From contig JAJTYI010000005.1 in the NCBI GenBank assembly GCA_021463645.1, forward strand, positions 64,680-128,679: DNA of 64,000 bases, written 5' to 3'. The notes under the pieces are model-generated. The model did no database searches, was not told the origin of the DNA, and saw nothing but the letters and a program-made list of their open reading frames with translations. Made by a program: the position numbers and the translations under genes. This document shows positions 27,660-37,904 of this stretch, piece after piece; within the stretch, counting starts at the first letter, position 1, and every line of letters begins with the position of its first letter. This stretch comes from a bacterium. GTDB lineage: Bacteria > Patescibacteriota > Dojkabacteria > B142 > OLB20.

Positions 27660-30600
27660 ATGCAACACAATATCGTCCTAATTGACGACAATTTTGCTAT
27701 TAGGCAAATTATCAAAGTTTTCCTTGCACGGCTATCAAGGAAGTACACCTTTGACCTCAAAATTTTCTCTTCCGATAATGGTGTCGAGGGGCTTGGATTC
27801 GTGTTCATTACGGACCCAAATATTATTATTGTTGATACTACCCTTCCTAAATATTCAGGTAAAAATATTGTTGAATTCTTTGTACAAAATAGAAAGTTTA
27901 GATCAAAAGAAATCACTGTAATTGTATTAGAGGAAAGGACAGACAGAACACTCAATTTACCCAAAAACTTCATCAGAATTAACAAAAATCACCCAAAAGC
28001 ATTCGACAAACTTACCGATGTATTGGTAGAGAAGCTCAACATATCCGATTTTGGAAGAATGAGTAAGTTCTATGATTACATAGGTGGGAAAGTGATGAAT
28101 TTCAGTAATAAAGATGATTTATTAGAGAAAAAACTCGAAGGTAAATTCAAGTTATCAAACATACTTTATAGATTTAAGTGGGCAATTCAAGAGATTTTCA
28201 TAAGCACTTCGTTATCACTAATTATGTTATTCTTCGGAAAAGCCAAAGATGACAATATTACGCAATCGAAACTAGATAATAAAATTTTCCGAACTAAATA
28301 TTACCCTACACTTGCATTGAGTTTCGTGTCTGCTTTATTCATTTTAATTAATATAACCTTATTCACATTTTCGCAGTTTTCACTTTTCCAAAATTTAAAC
28401 AAAGAATTACAAGCAGCAATTACTGATCCTCCTACATACTTAGTTAATTTACCAAATACTAACTTTAGTGCTGGAGGTTACTATGCTCAATTCTCCAGAC
28501 CTAGAGGGATAGCAGTGGATTCAGTAGGAGATATTTATATAGTTGATACAAAATTATACCGAATTCAAAAATTTAATGCGGATGGTACTAAAGAAACTGA
28601 GTGGGGATCATACGGGTCTGGTAACGGCCAATTTAATAGCGCCGTAGAAATTGCTGTTGATAGCTCTGACAATGTATACGTTACTGACGGTTTGAATAAC
28701 AGAGTTCAGAAATTTAGTTCTACAGGTACTTATATAACACAATGGGGAACACTAGGAACAGGAAATGGACAATTTGATCTACCTGATGGAATAGAAATAA
28801 ACTCAAGCGATGTAATCTATGTCGCTGATAAAGACAATAATCGTATTCAATATTTTAATACTAGCGGAGTATACCTAGGTAAGTGGGGAACATCCGGCAC
28901 AGGCAACGGTCAGTTAAATGGACCTACGGGTATTTCTATGGATAGCACAGGGAATGTGTATGTAGCAGAAGAGTTTAATGACCGTATACAAAAATTCACA
29001 TCAACAGGGACTTACATAACCAAATGGGGAAGCTATGGGTCTGGGAATGGTCAGTTTAACGACCCACAAGGCATTGGAATAAATTCATCAGATGTGGTCT
29101 ATGTCATGGATACTTATAACAACAGAGTTCAGGTTTTTGATACAAATGGAAACTACACTACCCAATGGGGGACATATGGATTTGCTGACGGTCAATTCAA
29201 TCTACCGTATGGAGTTGATTTCGATAGTCTTGGAAATATATATATTTCTGAAAACATGAACCACCGAATTCAGAAATTCAATTCTAGTGCTGTATATCAG
29301 ACAAAATGGTGGGGAAGTTCCGGGAACCAAGATGGCCAATACCGAGGACCACGAGGCATAGGCATAAGCAGTACGGGTAATACTTACGTTGCAGATGCTG
29401 GTGATCGAAGAATACAAAAATTTGATGTGAGTGGCGTACATTCTATCTCATGGGGAGATTTTGGAACAGGGAATGGAGAATTCTACGAACCATCGGGAGT
29501 TGCTGTAGATTCATTAGGGAATGTTTATACTACTGAAACCAATAATAATAGAGTTCAAAAGTTTGATTCTAATGGAAATTACGTCAACCAGTGGGGAACC
29601 TATGGATCAGGTAATGGCCAGTTCAACACCCCTTATGGAATTGCGATAGATGCATCAGACAATATTTACGTCGCAGACTCCTATAATCATAGGATTCAGA
29701 TTTTTAATACATCTGGAACATACATCAACAAATTTGGTTCTGCAGGAACTGGCAACGGTCAATTCTACTATCCATATGCGCTTACAGTTGATTCATTAGG
29801 TAATATTTATGTTTCTGATACATCAAATCACAGAATACAAAAATTCAATTCATCATATACCTATGTTAGTCAGTGGGGTACGAATGGTTCTGGTGATGGT
29901 CAGTTTGCATACCCTTACGGAATCACTGTTAGCGGGGATGGTCACGTATATGTAGCAGATAATGGTAACAACCGAATTCAAAAATTTGATCAAGATGGAC
30001 AATTCTTAGTAAGTTTTGGTGGATTTGGAACCGAAAACGGAGAATTTTATGCACCTTTTGGAATTTCTGTTTATCAAGATTCTTTGTATGTTTCAGATAG
30101 TAGCAATAGGGTGCAAATTTTTGATATATCTGACGTAGTACCATCTCCCACACTAGCCCCTACTTTTACTCCTAGCCCTACAGTAAATACTACACCACTC
30201 CCGACACCTTACGCTCCTAGTAATCTGAATCCTTCAGGAGATATGTATATTTACGATACAAGTCCTACTTTATACTTTGAGCTTCACGCCCCAAATCCAG
30301 CGACTTCCCTATCTTACAACTTAATAATTACGCAAGATATGCTTATTATTTCCGACTATACCTCAATGCCTGGTCCTCAAGGTCTACGCAGCTTTAAGAT
30401 TGGTCAATCGGATGGTCCTGAGAATGGGACATATAATGGCGCAGGATTTTATGGACAGACGTTAGATATGGGGGGTTACAATTGGAGCGTACAAGCAATC
30501 GAAAGCCCTGGTATAACTAGTGAAATTATCAGCGCTATTGGAGATAATTTTGCATTTATGGTAGATCTGTCAACTCCAGAACCAACACCAACAGATATTC

Positions 30601-33428
30601 CATTACCTAGTGAAACTATCACAATTACCGAAACACCAGCACCTTCTGCCACAAATACACCACTACCAACCGCAACGAATACACCTGTTCCGACACCAAC
30701 AAACACTCCACTTCCGACTGCGACTAATACACCTTTACCAACACCAACTAATACACCATTACCTACCCCTACAGTCACACCACTACCAACACCAACCGAT
30801 TCTCCTACGCCGACTGCTACCCCAACACCTACTCTAGCTCCACCAAATGCTCCCACCGACCTAGGCCCTGCTATGTTAGAAGGTGGAGGCTACACTAGTG
30901 ATACTACTCCTACCCTTGAATTTACTACATCCGCAACTGATACAGGTATGCCACTTTCATACAGAATTCAAATTCTTCTAGGCGCTGCTATAGTTGTTGA
31001 CTACACTTCAGAAGAAACCGTTCAAGGTATTAAATATTTCACTGTGGGTCAGGCTGCAGGATTAGGTACTTACAATAATGGCGACGGAATCGAAGGACAA
31101 ACTCTAATCGAAGGTGAATATTCGTGGAAAGTTATGGCTACAGGCTCTAGTGGCTCTAGTGCTTGGAGCGATGCCAATAACGGAAATGTTGCTTTCACTG
31201 TTGATCTTCAAACACCTAATGGAGGCTCAATCTCCTACACAAATGGTTATCATACCACCGCTTCAGTCCCTCTCGTTGTTGATGATGGTACGGACTCTGG
31301 AGGTATCAACACTTCAACTAGATTGATTGAGAGAAGTAGTGCAACACTAACATCTAATGTTTGTTCGTCTTTTGGAACTTTCGAGACAGTAACACCAACT
31401 GGAACTTATCCAAATTTAACAGACAATTCTGTTACCCAAGCAAATTGTTATCAATACAGATACACTGTTTCCGATAACGCAGGCAATGAAGCAACTTACA
31501 CATCAGCAAATATTGCAAAAATTGATATAGACGCTGCATCTGCACCTGGTATTCCTCAAACAGAAACACCTACAACCTCTGTTATTCAACAATGGGTGTG
31601 GGATGCAGGAGTGGATACCGTGTCAGGAATTGCACAATATGTATGGAGAGTTGTGGATGAATTTGACAATACTGTTGATAGTGGTGTTTCAACTACCCTA
31701 GATACTACAACCAACCTTGGAGTTGGGGTTTATACATTCTTTGTAAGCGCATTGAATAATGCGGGTTTAATTAGTGATGAAAGTTTTTTCAATATTACGG
31801 TAGAGCCTACACCTACTAGCACACCTGTTCCTAGTGCAACCCCACTTCCTACGGATACACCATTACCTACTGCGACAGATACTCCTATTCCAACTCCTAC
31901 AGATACTCCATTACCGACTGCAACAAATGCACCTTTGCCCACTCCAACTAATACTGCTTTGCCAACAGCAACGAACACTCCAATTCCGACTGCAACTAAT
32001 ACACCTTTACCAACGGTAACAAACACACCTATCCCTACTCCAACTTCTACTAGTATGCCTACACCTATTAGCGCACCTGTATTTGTCCCAACATTTACCC
32101 CTACTGCAGGAGCCATCCTACCAAGTCCTACTGTCGAAGAAGTATTGGATACGATTGCTCCAACTGATTTGATCATCACACAAGAACCAACTTCAACACC
32201 AGTAATTCGACTTGATAGTCCTACTCCGGAGGTAATCGAAACCGATTCAAATGACGGAGGTTTCTTTAGCGACTTCTCTCCTAAAAATACATATGCGATG
32301 CCTGAGGAATCAGTAGTAAATCATCCTGTAGTGAAATCCGTTGCGAAGAGTATCACACAAAGACTGGAACAACTTTCTAGCGAGTCATCACCACTTCTTC
32401 CAATTGTAGAAACACCATTAATCGTAGCAGAAGCAATTAAACCAATTACCGACAACTTTAATTACTACTTATCCTTGAGATTTATTGGTGAAAATACTGC
32501 ACTTGCTGGTATATCAACGACCAACGTTCTAGCATATATGGCTCCTGCTATTGTTACTGCAGCGTCTCAGCCAAGAATCCTTTTCCATGCTTTAACATGG
32601 TTCTGGAAGAGAAAGTCGAAACAGCCCTGGGGTATCGTGTTCGACAAAAACACAGGTGCACCTGTCGCTTTCGCTAGAATGATTCTTACTCAAGATGGTA
32701 AAACCATATCTACTCAAACTACAGATCTTCAAGGGAAATATGGCTTTTCTGCAAACAAAGGAAAGTACCAAGTCTTCATTTCACACTCAGATTATCTCGA
32801 CTTTGTTTCTGACATAGAGGTGGGCTATGATGGAGAAATCATATCCAAAGATTTTGAAGTCTCAGCTAAAACCCGAGATGATGTTAACTCTAGTCTTCGT
32901 TGGACTTTCTACAAGTTGAAAAAACAAATCAGCAACAATCTCTTTGTCTTGAATACCACTATCTTTTCAATTGGATTCGTATACACTCTCTTCGCAATTA
33001 CGAATCACCTTACTTTATTAAACTATGTAATTCTTTCACTTTATCTTTTCCAATTTGTTCTCATGTTTGTTTTCTACTTATTCAAAGATAAAGAGTCTGG
33101 TCAAGTGACAGATATTGCTAGTGGCCTACCTGTTCCTGGAGCAATTGTTAGAATATTTGACGAGGAAAGGCAGATTGATATTGCAATCACAGATAGTCAA
33201 GGAAGATATTCGTTCATTTTGGAACCAGGAAGTTACTTCATCAAAGCCTCAGCTAACGGATATGTCTTCCCTTCGGATGATACCCCTAATATTGTTAAAG
33301 ATAAACTTGGCGGCAAGTTATTGAAGTTTACAATACAAGACAAACAAAGAGTAAACATTAAAATATATATGAGGAAGTTTGCATCACTGAATGCAAATAA
33401 CCAAGCTATTCTTTCCCCATTTAGCTAA
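27660..33428 (+). CDS. Giant envelope protein (1922 aa): N-terminal receiver (REC)-like domain, TM segments, 12 NHL repeats, repeated beta-sandwich domains, Pro/Thr linkers, C-terminal TM plus two CarboxypepD_reg-like domains
   Basis: REC motifs are IVLIDDNFAIRQ, SSDNGVEGL, NIIIVDTTLPKYSG and VIVLEE. Twelve repeats of the form G.GNGQF..P.GI..D..GN[IV]YV.D..N.R[IV]Q.F span ~28480-30130. TNTPLPTPT tracts follow. The C-terminus has FFSDFSPKNTYAMPEESVVNHPVVKS, hydrophobic helices, DLQGKYGF and DSQGRYSF. Confidence 0.85.
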   Translation: MQHNIVLIDDNFAIRQIIKVFLARLSRKYTFDLKIFSSDNGVEGLGFVFITDPNIIIVDTTLPKYSGKNIVEFFVQNRKFRSKEITVIVLEERTDRTLNLPKNFIRINKNHPKAFDKLTDVLVEKLNISDFGRMSKFYDYIGGKVMNFSNKDDLLEKKLEGKFKLSNILYRFKWAIQEIFISTSLSLIMLFFGKAKDDNITQSKLDNKIFRTKYYPTLALSFVSALFILINITLFTFSQFSLFQNLNKELQAAITDPPTYLVNLPNTNFSAGGYYAQFSRPRGIAVDSVGDIYIVDTKLYRIQKFNADGTKETEWGSYGSGNGQFNSAVEIAVDSSDNVYVTDGLNNRVQKFSSTGTYITQWGTLGTGNGQFDLPDGIEINSSDVIYVADKDNNRIQYFNTSGVYLGKWGTSGTGNGQLNGPTGISMDSTGNVYVAEEFNDRIQKFTSTGTYITKWGSYGSGNGQFNDPQGIGINSSDVVYVMDTYNNRVQVFDTNGNYTTQWGTYGFADGQFNLPYGVDFDSLGNIYISENMNHRIQKFNSSAVYQTKWWGSSGNQDGQYRGPRGIGISSTGNTYVADAGDRRIQKFDVSGVHSISWGDFGTGNGEFYEPSGVAVDSLGNVYTTETNNNRVQKFDSNGNYVNQWGTYGSGNGQFNTPYGIAIDASDNIYVADSYNHRIQIFNTSGTYINKFGSAGTGNGQFYYPYALTVDSLGNIYVSDTSNHRIQKFNSSYTYVSQWGTNGSGDGQFAYPYGITVSGDGHVYVADNGNNRIQKFDQDGQFLVSFGGFGTENGEFYAPFGISVYQDSLYVSDSSNRVQIFDISDVVPSPTLAPTFTPSPTVNTTPLPTPYAPSNLNPSGDMYIYDTSPTLYFELHAPNPATSLSYNLIITQDMLIISDYTSMPGPQGLRSFKIGQSDGPENGTYNGAGFYGQTLDMGGYNWSVQAIESPGITSEIISAIGDNFAFMVDLSTPEPTPTDIPLPSETITITETPAPSATNTPLPTATNTPVPTPTNTPLPTATNTPLPTPTNTPLPTPTVTPLPTPTDSPTPTATPTPTLAPPNAPTDLGPAMLEGGGYTSDTTPTLEFTTSATDTGMPLSYRIQILLGAAIVVDYTSEETVQGIKYFTVGQAAGLGTYNNGDGIEGQTLIEGEYSWKVMATGSSGSSAWSDANNGNVAFTVDLQTPNGGSISYTNGYHTTASVPLVVDDGTDSGGINTSTRLIERSSATLTSNVCSSFGTFETVTPTGTYPNLTDNSVTQANCYQYRYTVSDNAGNEATYTSANIAKIDIDAASAPGIPQTETPTTSVIQQWVWDAGVDTVSGIAQYVWRVVDEFDNTVDSGVSTTLDTTTNLGVGVYTFFVSALNNAGLISDESFFNITVEPTPTSTPVPSATPLPTDTPLPTATDTPIPTPTDTPLPTATNAPLPTPTNTALPTATNTPIPTATNTPLPTVTNTPIPTPTSTSMPTPISAPVFVPTFTPTAGAILPSPTVEEVLDTIAPTDLIITQEPTSTPVIRLDSPTPEVIETDSNDGGFFSDFSPKNTYAMPEESVVNHPVVKSVAKSITQRLEQLSSESSPLLPIVETPLIVAEAIKPITDNFNYYLSLRFIGENTALAGISTTNVLAYMAPAIVTAASQPRILFHALTWFWKRKSKQPWGIVFDKNTGAPVAFARMILTQDGKTISTQTTDLQGKYGFSANKGKYQVFISHSDYLDFVSDIEVGYDGEIISKDFEVSAKTRDDVNSSLRWTFYKLKKQISNNLFVLNTTIFSIGFVYTLFAITNHLTLLNYVILSLYLFQFVLMFVFYLFKDKESGQVTDIASGLPVPGAIVRIFDEERQIDIAITDSQGRYSFILEPGSYFIKASANGYVFPSDDTPNIVKDKLGGKLLKFTIQDKQRVNIKIYMRKFASLNANNQAILSPFS
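30575..30855 (+). repeat. Imperfect tandem Pro/Thr-coding repeat (T[AP]TNTP[LVI]P, ~18-24 nt period)
   Basis: ACAAATACACCACTACCAACCGCAACGAATACACCTGTTCCGACACCAACAAACACTCCACTTCCGACTGCGACTAATACACC... Confidence 0.8.
31805..32135 (+). repeat. Second Pro/Thr-coding tandem repeat, homologous at DNA level to 30575-30855
   Basis: ...CCGACTGCAACAAATGCACCTTTGCCCACTCCAACTAATACTGC... parallels ...CCGACTGCGACTAATACACCTTTACCAACACCAACTAATACACC... Confidence 0.8.
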
Positions 33429-33488
33429 CTTAACCTTTCACCATCAATCATTTTAGTCTATGATATTAAGTATGTATGCATAAATTAA

Positions 33489-36400
33489 ATGACTAAAAAA
33501 ATCGTCCTCATAGACGACAATTTTGCTATTAGGCAAGTAATCAAGATTTTCCTGACTCGCTTATCGCGGAATAATTCACTTGATTTGAATATTTTTTCAA
33601 CAGATAACGGAGTCGAAGGACTTGGTTATGTGTACATTACTAATCCCAACATAGTTATAGTCGATACTACACTTCCCAAATATTCAGGAAGAGAAGTTTT
33701 AGACTATTTCGTACAAAACCCAAAATTTCAAGAAAGTGGAATAAACGTTATAGTACTTCACGAAGAAAACGAGTCCGACCTCAAGCTTCCCAACAATTTT
33801 CATGTCATTAGCAAGAATCAAAGAGGTTCGTTTAAATTAATTGTTCAAACAATAGATACTATTCTCGGGACTTCCGAAGCTAGTACTTCTCGTGGTCTAA
33901 TAGAAAGAATTGGGAACTTTATACTCAGTAACGGAAATAAGGATGACTTGTTATTGAAAAGCATCACAGATGAGGCGTTTCCTAAAACAATTTTAAATAG
34001 AATCAAATGGATAGGATTAGAGTTCACAAGTAGTATCGCATTAACTTTATTATTAATTCTTTTTGGCAAACCAACTGATGAAAATATTACTCAGCAGGAC
34101 TTGGACAAAAAGGCCTTTCGCTCCAAATACTACCCTACTCTTGCGGTTACATTTATATCTTCAATAATAATTCTAATCAACTTTGCTCTATTTGTAGGAT
34201 CACAGCTACCTTTATTTCGCAACCAACAGCAAGGAACGACTGCATTATCTACGTTTGTTGTTGATAGCGTATCAGACTCGGGAGATTTCCTTGTTGGTGA
34301 TGGGTATTGTGACACAGACGATTCAATTGGAGATGGACCTTGTACTCTTAGAGCGGCAATAGAAGAGGCAAATTCCATAGCAGGAGTTGATTATATTGAT
34401 TTTAATATATCAGGAACTGGACCTTTTACCATCAATCTCACTCAAAACCTACCTCAAATAATATCTCCGATAATAATTGATGGAACTTCTCAAAGCGCTT
34501 CATCTTGTAGCAATTGGGCTCTTCAAATAGAGATTAGCGGTGGCAATTTATATGAAGGTTTTTCACTTAATTCCGGAGCTGGTGATAGTGTAATACAAGG
34601 TCTTGTGATGAACAGAATGCTAAATCATTCAGTTTTCGCAGAAGGAATCAGCAATATAGAGATACTCTGTAATGTCTTTGATTTCGAACCTGACGGCACT
34701 ACTTCAATTCCATCAGATTCGAGAGCAATTCTTTTACAGAACTCTATTGGAAATATTACGATTGGAGATACACTCACAGGAGGAAACCTCATAGGTTCGA
34801 GGTTGGACAAAAGAAGTATTGAAATATTACAAACTACAACTTCATCTTCTCCTGTTGTAGATATTGAAAACAATTATATTGGAGTTGAAAAATCTGGACA
34901 AAATGCTCCAGAGAATCTAAGTGGGCTGTCTCATGTTTACATAAGTGGCGATGATGTTAATTCTTCATATCCCGTCGTCAATTTTGGTGGAGCAAATACT
35001 TTATTACAAGATGAGTGTTCAGGATCTTGTAACATTGTCGCTTGTAGTACAGGCGAAACACCATCCATATTGCTCTCCAAGACCGGAACAAGTACCATAC
35101 GAGGGAACAACTTGGGAGTCAAAAAAAATGGAACTTCATCACTTACCTACCTTGGTACTACTTCTTGTATTAATAATGCTCCTGGTTCAAGTGGAGTCGA
35201 AATAACACAACCAAAAGGCAATGTCCTTATTGGAGGGATCCTTACTTCTCAACGAAACATTATTGCAGGATTTGGTTATCACGGATTAATATATGACGAT
35301 CCTGATGCAGCTGTTTCCTTAATTATCAATAATAATATATTTGGAACCGATATAGATGCTACGGAAAGTTTGGGCAATGCAGGAAGTAATATATTTTTTC
35401 TCGATGGCGTGTCTACCATTGAAAACAATATTATATCCGGAGCTACTTTACTTGGAGATGTGGATGCGGCTGGTCTTATAATATCTACAGAAAACGCTAA
35501 TTCTTCTATCGAAGTTTTCGGGAATTACATCGGGACAAATACTTCACTACTAACAAATTTAGGTAATCGAGACGCAGGAATATTAGTTGATAGTGGCAGT
35601 GTGGGCAGTATAAATATCGGAAAAATAGACGAAATTCCAAACTATATAAAATATAATCAGTACTTTGGTGTCACAATAGATCAATCTTACTCAGCAGTTA
35701 ATATTATAAATAATATTATCGAAGAAAATATCGGGCACGGGATATATTTCTACAGAGCCAATGGGACTTCCGATACGAATATCATTAGTAACAATCTCAT
35801 TAAGAATACCAAAGGCGTGAATAATACAAATTCATTCGGACATGGTTTCGGATCTTTTTCCAGTAACAACATTACTCTTTCGGACAATCTTTTTTGTCAT
35901 GATAATCCAGATGCACAAAATTTTGATTATCCAAGTGCAGTGTTCATGGAAAATGGTAATACTGGAATTCTTTTTGATGGAAATTCTATCCAAAGTCAGT
36001 ATACTTCGGGATTTGTTGTTCCCTGGAGTGATACTGGAATTAGTATAATCAACAGTAATTTCCACACATCACCACAACCAGGGGTGGATTTAGGATTGGA
36101 TCCAACGCTGGGAATTTATCCTGGTACCACAGCAAATGATATAGGAGACACTGACCTTGGACCGAATAATTTCCAAAACTATCCCGAAATTACATCCGTA
36201 AATGACGAAACTATCAACTATAGCCTAGATACACATGCAGGTGATTACTTAGTTGAATTCCATATACCAAACGAAGATCCCGTCTGTGGACAAGGTAGCA
36301 GTTTAGTTTGCACGACAACAATTACACATGCAGGAAGTGGCTCACAGAATTTCTCACTTAACTGCCCTGCTCTTCCCTCTAGGCCTTACGATTTAGCAGC

Positions 36401-37904
36401 GATTACAACAAATGTTTTAGGCGTCGATCAATATGGTGATACTTCTGAACTCAGTCCAATCACCACAATAACGAACCCAACACCGACACCCACAGCGACG
36501 TCAGTACCTACTCCAACCACGATTATTCCTACCAACACATCTACACCATTAGTTCCGACAAATACACCAAACAATCCCAACCCTACGGTAATTCAAAATA
36601 CAGTTACACCTTCAACAATATCATCGTCACCAACAGTACTTCCAACGACGAGCACAGAACCTGTTCTTTTCACGGGCACTCCAACATCTATAGTATCACC
36701 CACACAAGAAGTATCTCCTACACAAGGATCAACGGGATTCTTTGACGATTTCTCGCCAGGTAGCTCGTATGCTTTGCCAGAAGATTCACTCTTGAATCAT
36801 CCTGTAGTGAAATCAAAATTTAACGATTTTGTTGACACTGTAAAGGCTAATATCAATGCAGAAACAATTACGGGTACGATACTTGAAGCTGGAGTTTTGG
36901 TCACAGATTTCACTAAACCTATAACGGACAATTTAAATTATTTATTATCCTTACAATTTTTCGGTGAACAAACAGCTTTAGCAGGAATATCAGTGATTAA
37001 TTTCTTAGCATTGGCAACTCCTGTAATTATCACATTCATGGCTGAACCCCATATTTTTTACTTCGCTTTCTTCTGGATTTTGAGGAGAAAGAAAACTCCA
37101 GCATGGGGTGTAATAGTAGACAAGGTTACAAAACAACCAGTAGCATTTGCCAGAATTATCCTGACTCAAGAGGGTAAAACTTTAAATACCTTCACTTCGG
37201 ACCTACAGGGAAGATTTGGACTTGATGCAAAGAAAGGTCGTTATAAGATTTTTGTTATGCACTCAGAATACATCGATGAATCGAAAGAAATCGAGGTTAA
37301 AAATGATGGTGATACTATAGTTCTTGATTTTGAAGTTACACCTAGATTGAAAGAAGACTTCCAAAGAAATTTTGGTTGGTGGCTCTATACAGTTAAAAAA
37401 TTCCTGAGAAATAATCTATTTGTAATTAACACAATTATTTTTTCGACCGGTTTTGTCTATACACTCTTCTCTATCACAAATTCATTCTCGGTAATCAACT
37501 ATGCAATCTTAATGCTTTATATTATCCAAATATTGGTTATTGCGGGTTTTAGCCCAACAAAAAGTAAAAATCTGGGACAAGTAATAGACATCAATACTAA
37601 TGAACCAGTAAAAGGTGCTGTAGTAAGACTCTTTGACGACATAAAACAAATCGACGTAACCATTACAGACAACGAAGGAAGATACTCATTTATAGTAGAT
37701 CCTGGAACCTACTATCTCAAGGTGAATGCCGATGGGTTTAAATTCCCTATTCGGGACGACTCAAATATCGTAGTAAACAGTATCGGTGATAAATTATTGA
37801 AATTTACAGCACAAGACTCACAAAAGATTGCCTTGAAGTTATACGTCCAAAGTTATGCGAATATTAGCATCAAAAAGAATGAGATACTTTCACCATTCAC
37901 TTAA
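33489..37904 (+). CDS. Giant envelope protein (1471 aa), paralog of the upstream gene: same REC-like head and C-terminal module, but a right-handed beta-helix ectodomain
   Basis: N-terminus: KIVLIDDNFAIRQVIKIFL...NIVIVDTTLPKYSGREVLDYF. CTLRAAIEEAN...IDFNISGTGPFTINL...IIDGTSQ is followed by many N/I/G-rich beta-helix-type turns. The C-terminus has FFDDFSPGSSYALPEDSLLNHPVVKS, TM helices, DLQGRFGL and DNEGRYSF. Confidence 0.85.
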   Translation: MTKKIVLIDDNFAIRQVIKIFLTRLSRNNSLDLNIFSTDNGVEGLGYVYITNPNIVIVDTTLPKYSGREVLDYFVQNPKFQESGINVIVLHEENESDLKLPNNFHVISKNQRGSFKLIVQTIDTILGTSEASTSRGLIERIGNFILSNGNKDDLLLKSITDEAFPKTILNRIKWIGLEFTSSIALTLLLILFGKPTDENITQQDLDKKAFRSKYYPTLAVTFISSIIILINFALFVGSQLPLFRNQQQGTTALSTFVVDSVSDSGDFLVGDGYCDTDDSIGDGPCTLRAAIEEANSIAGVDYIDFNISGTGPFTINLTQNLPQIISPIIIDGTSQSASSCSNWALQIEISGGNLYEGFSLNSGAGDSVIQGLVMNRMLNHSVFAEGISNIEILCNVFDFEPDGTTSIPSDSRAILLQNSIGNITIGDTLTGGNLIGSRLDKRSIEILQTTTSSSPVVDIENNYIGVEKSGQNAPENLSGLSHVYISGDDVNSSYPVVNFGGANTLLQDECSGSCNIVACSTGETPSILLSKTGTSTIRGNNLGVKKNGTSSLTYLGTTSCINNAPGSSGVEITQPKGNVLIGGILTSQRNIIAGFGYHGLIYDDPDAAVSLIINNNIFGTDIDATESLGNAGSNIFFLDGVSTIENNIISGATLLGDVDAAGLIISTENANSSIEVFGNYIGTNTSLLTNLGNRDAGILVDSGSVGSINIGKIDEIPNYIKYNQYFGVTIDQSYSAVNIINNIIEENIGHGIYFYRANGTSDTNIISNNLIKNTKGVNNTNSFGHGFGSFSSNNITLSDNLFCHDNPDAQNFDYPSAVFMENGNTGILFDGNSIQSQYTSGFVVPWSDTGISIINSNFHTSPQPGVDLGLDPTLGIYPGTTANDIGDTDLGPNNFQNYPEITSVNDETINYSLDTHAGDYLVEFHIPNEDPVCGQGSSLVCTTTITHAGSGSQNFSLNCPALPSRPYDLAAITTNVLGVDQYGDTSELSPITTITNPTPTPTATSVPTPTTIIPTNTSTPLVPTNTPNNPNPTVIQNTVTPSTISSSPTVLPTTSTEPVLFTGTPTSIVSPTQEVSPTQGSTGFFDDFSPGSSYALPEDSLLNHPVVKSKFNDFVDTVKANINAETITGTILEAGVLVTDFTKPITDNLNYLLSLQFFGEQTALAGISVINFLALATPVIITFMAEPHIFYFAFFWILRRKKTPAWGVIVDKVTKQPVAFARIILTQEGKTLNTFTSDLQGRFGLDAKKGRYKIFVMHSEYIDESKEIEVKNDGDTIVLDFEVTPRLKEDFQRNFGWWLYTVKKFLRNNLFVINTIIFSTGFVYTLFSITNSFSVINYAILMLYIIQILVIAGFSPTKSKNLGQVIDINTNEPVKGAVVRLFDDIKQIDVTITDNEGRYSFIVDPGTYYLKVNADGFKFPIRDDSNIVVNSIGDKLLKFTAQDSQKIALKLYVQSYANISIKKNEILSPFT
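36470..36730 (+). repeat. Pro/Thr/Ser-rich low-complexity linker region
   Basis: NPTPTPTATSVPTPTTIIPTNTSTPLVPTNTPNNPNPT... Confidence 0.7.

Noticed and set aside
30476-32179. Minus-strand ORFs 30476-30856 and 31730-32179 (GVGVGV-rich), and plus-strand off-frame ORFs in the Pro/Thr tracts
   Set aside because: These are antisense or off-frame shadows of the Pro/Thr-coding repeats within the 1922-aa gene.
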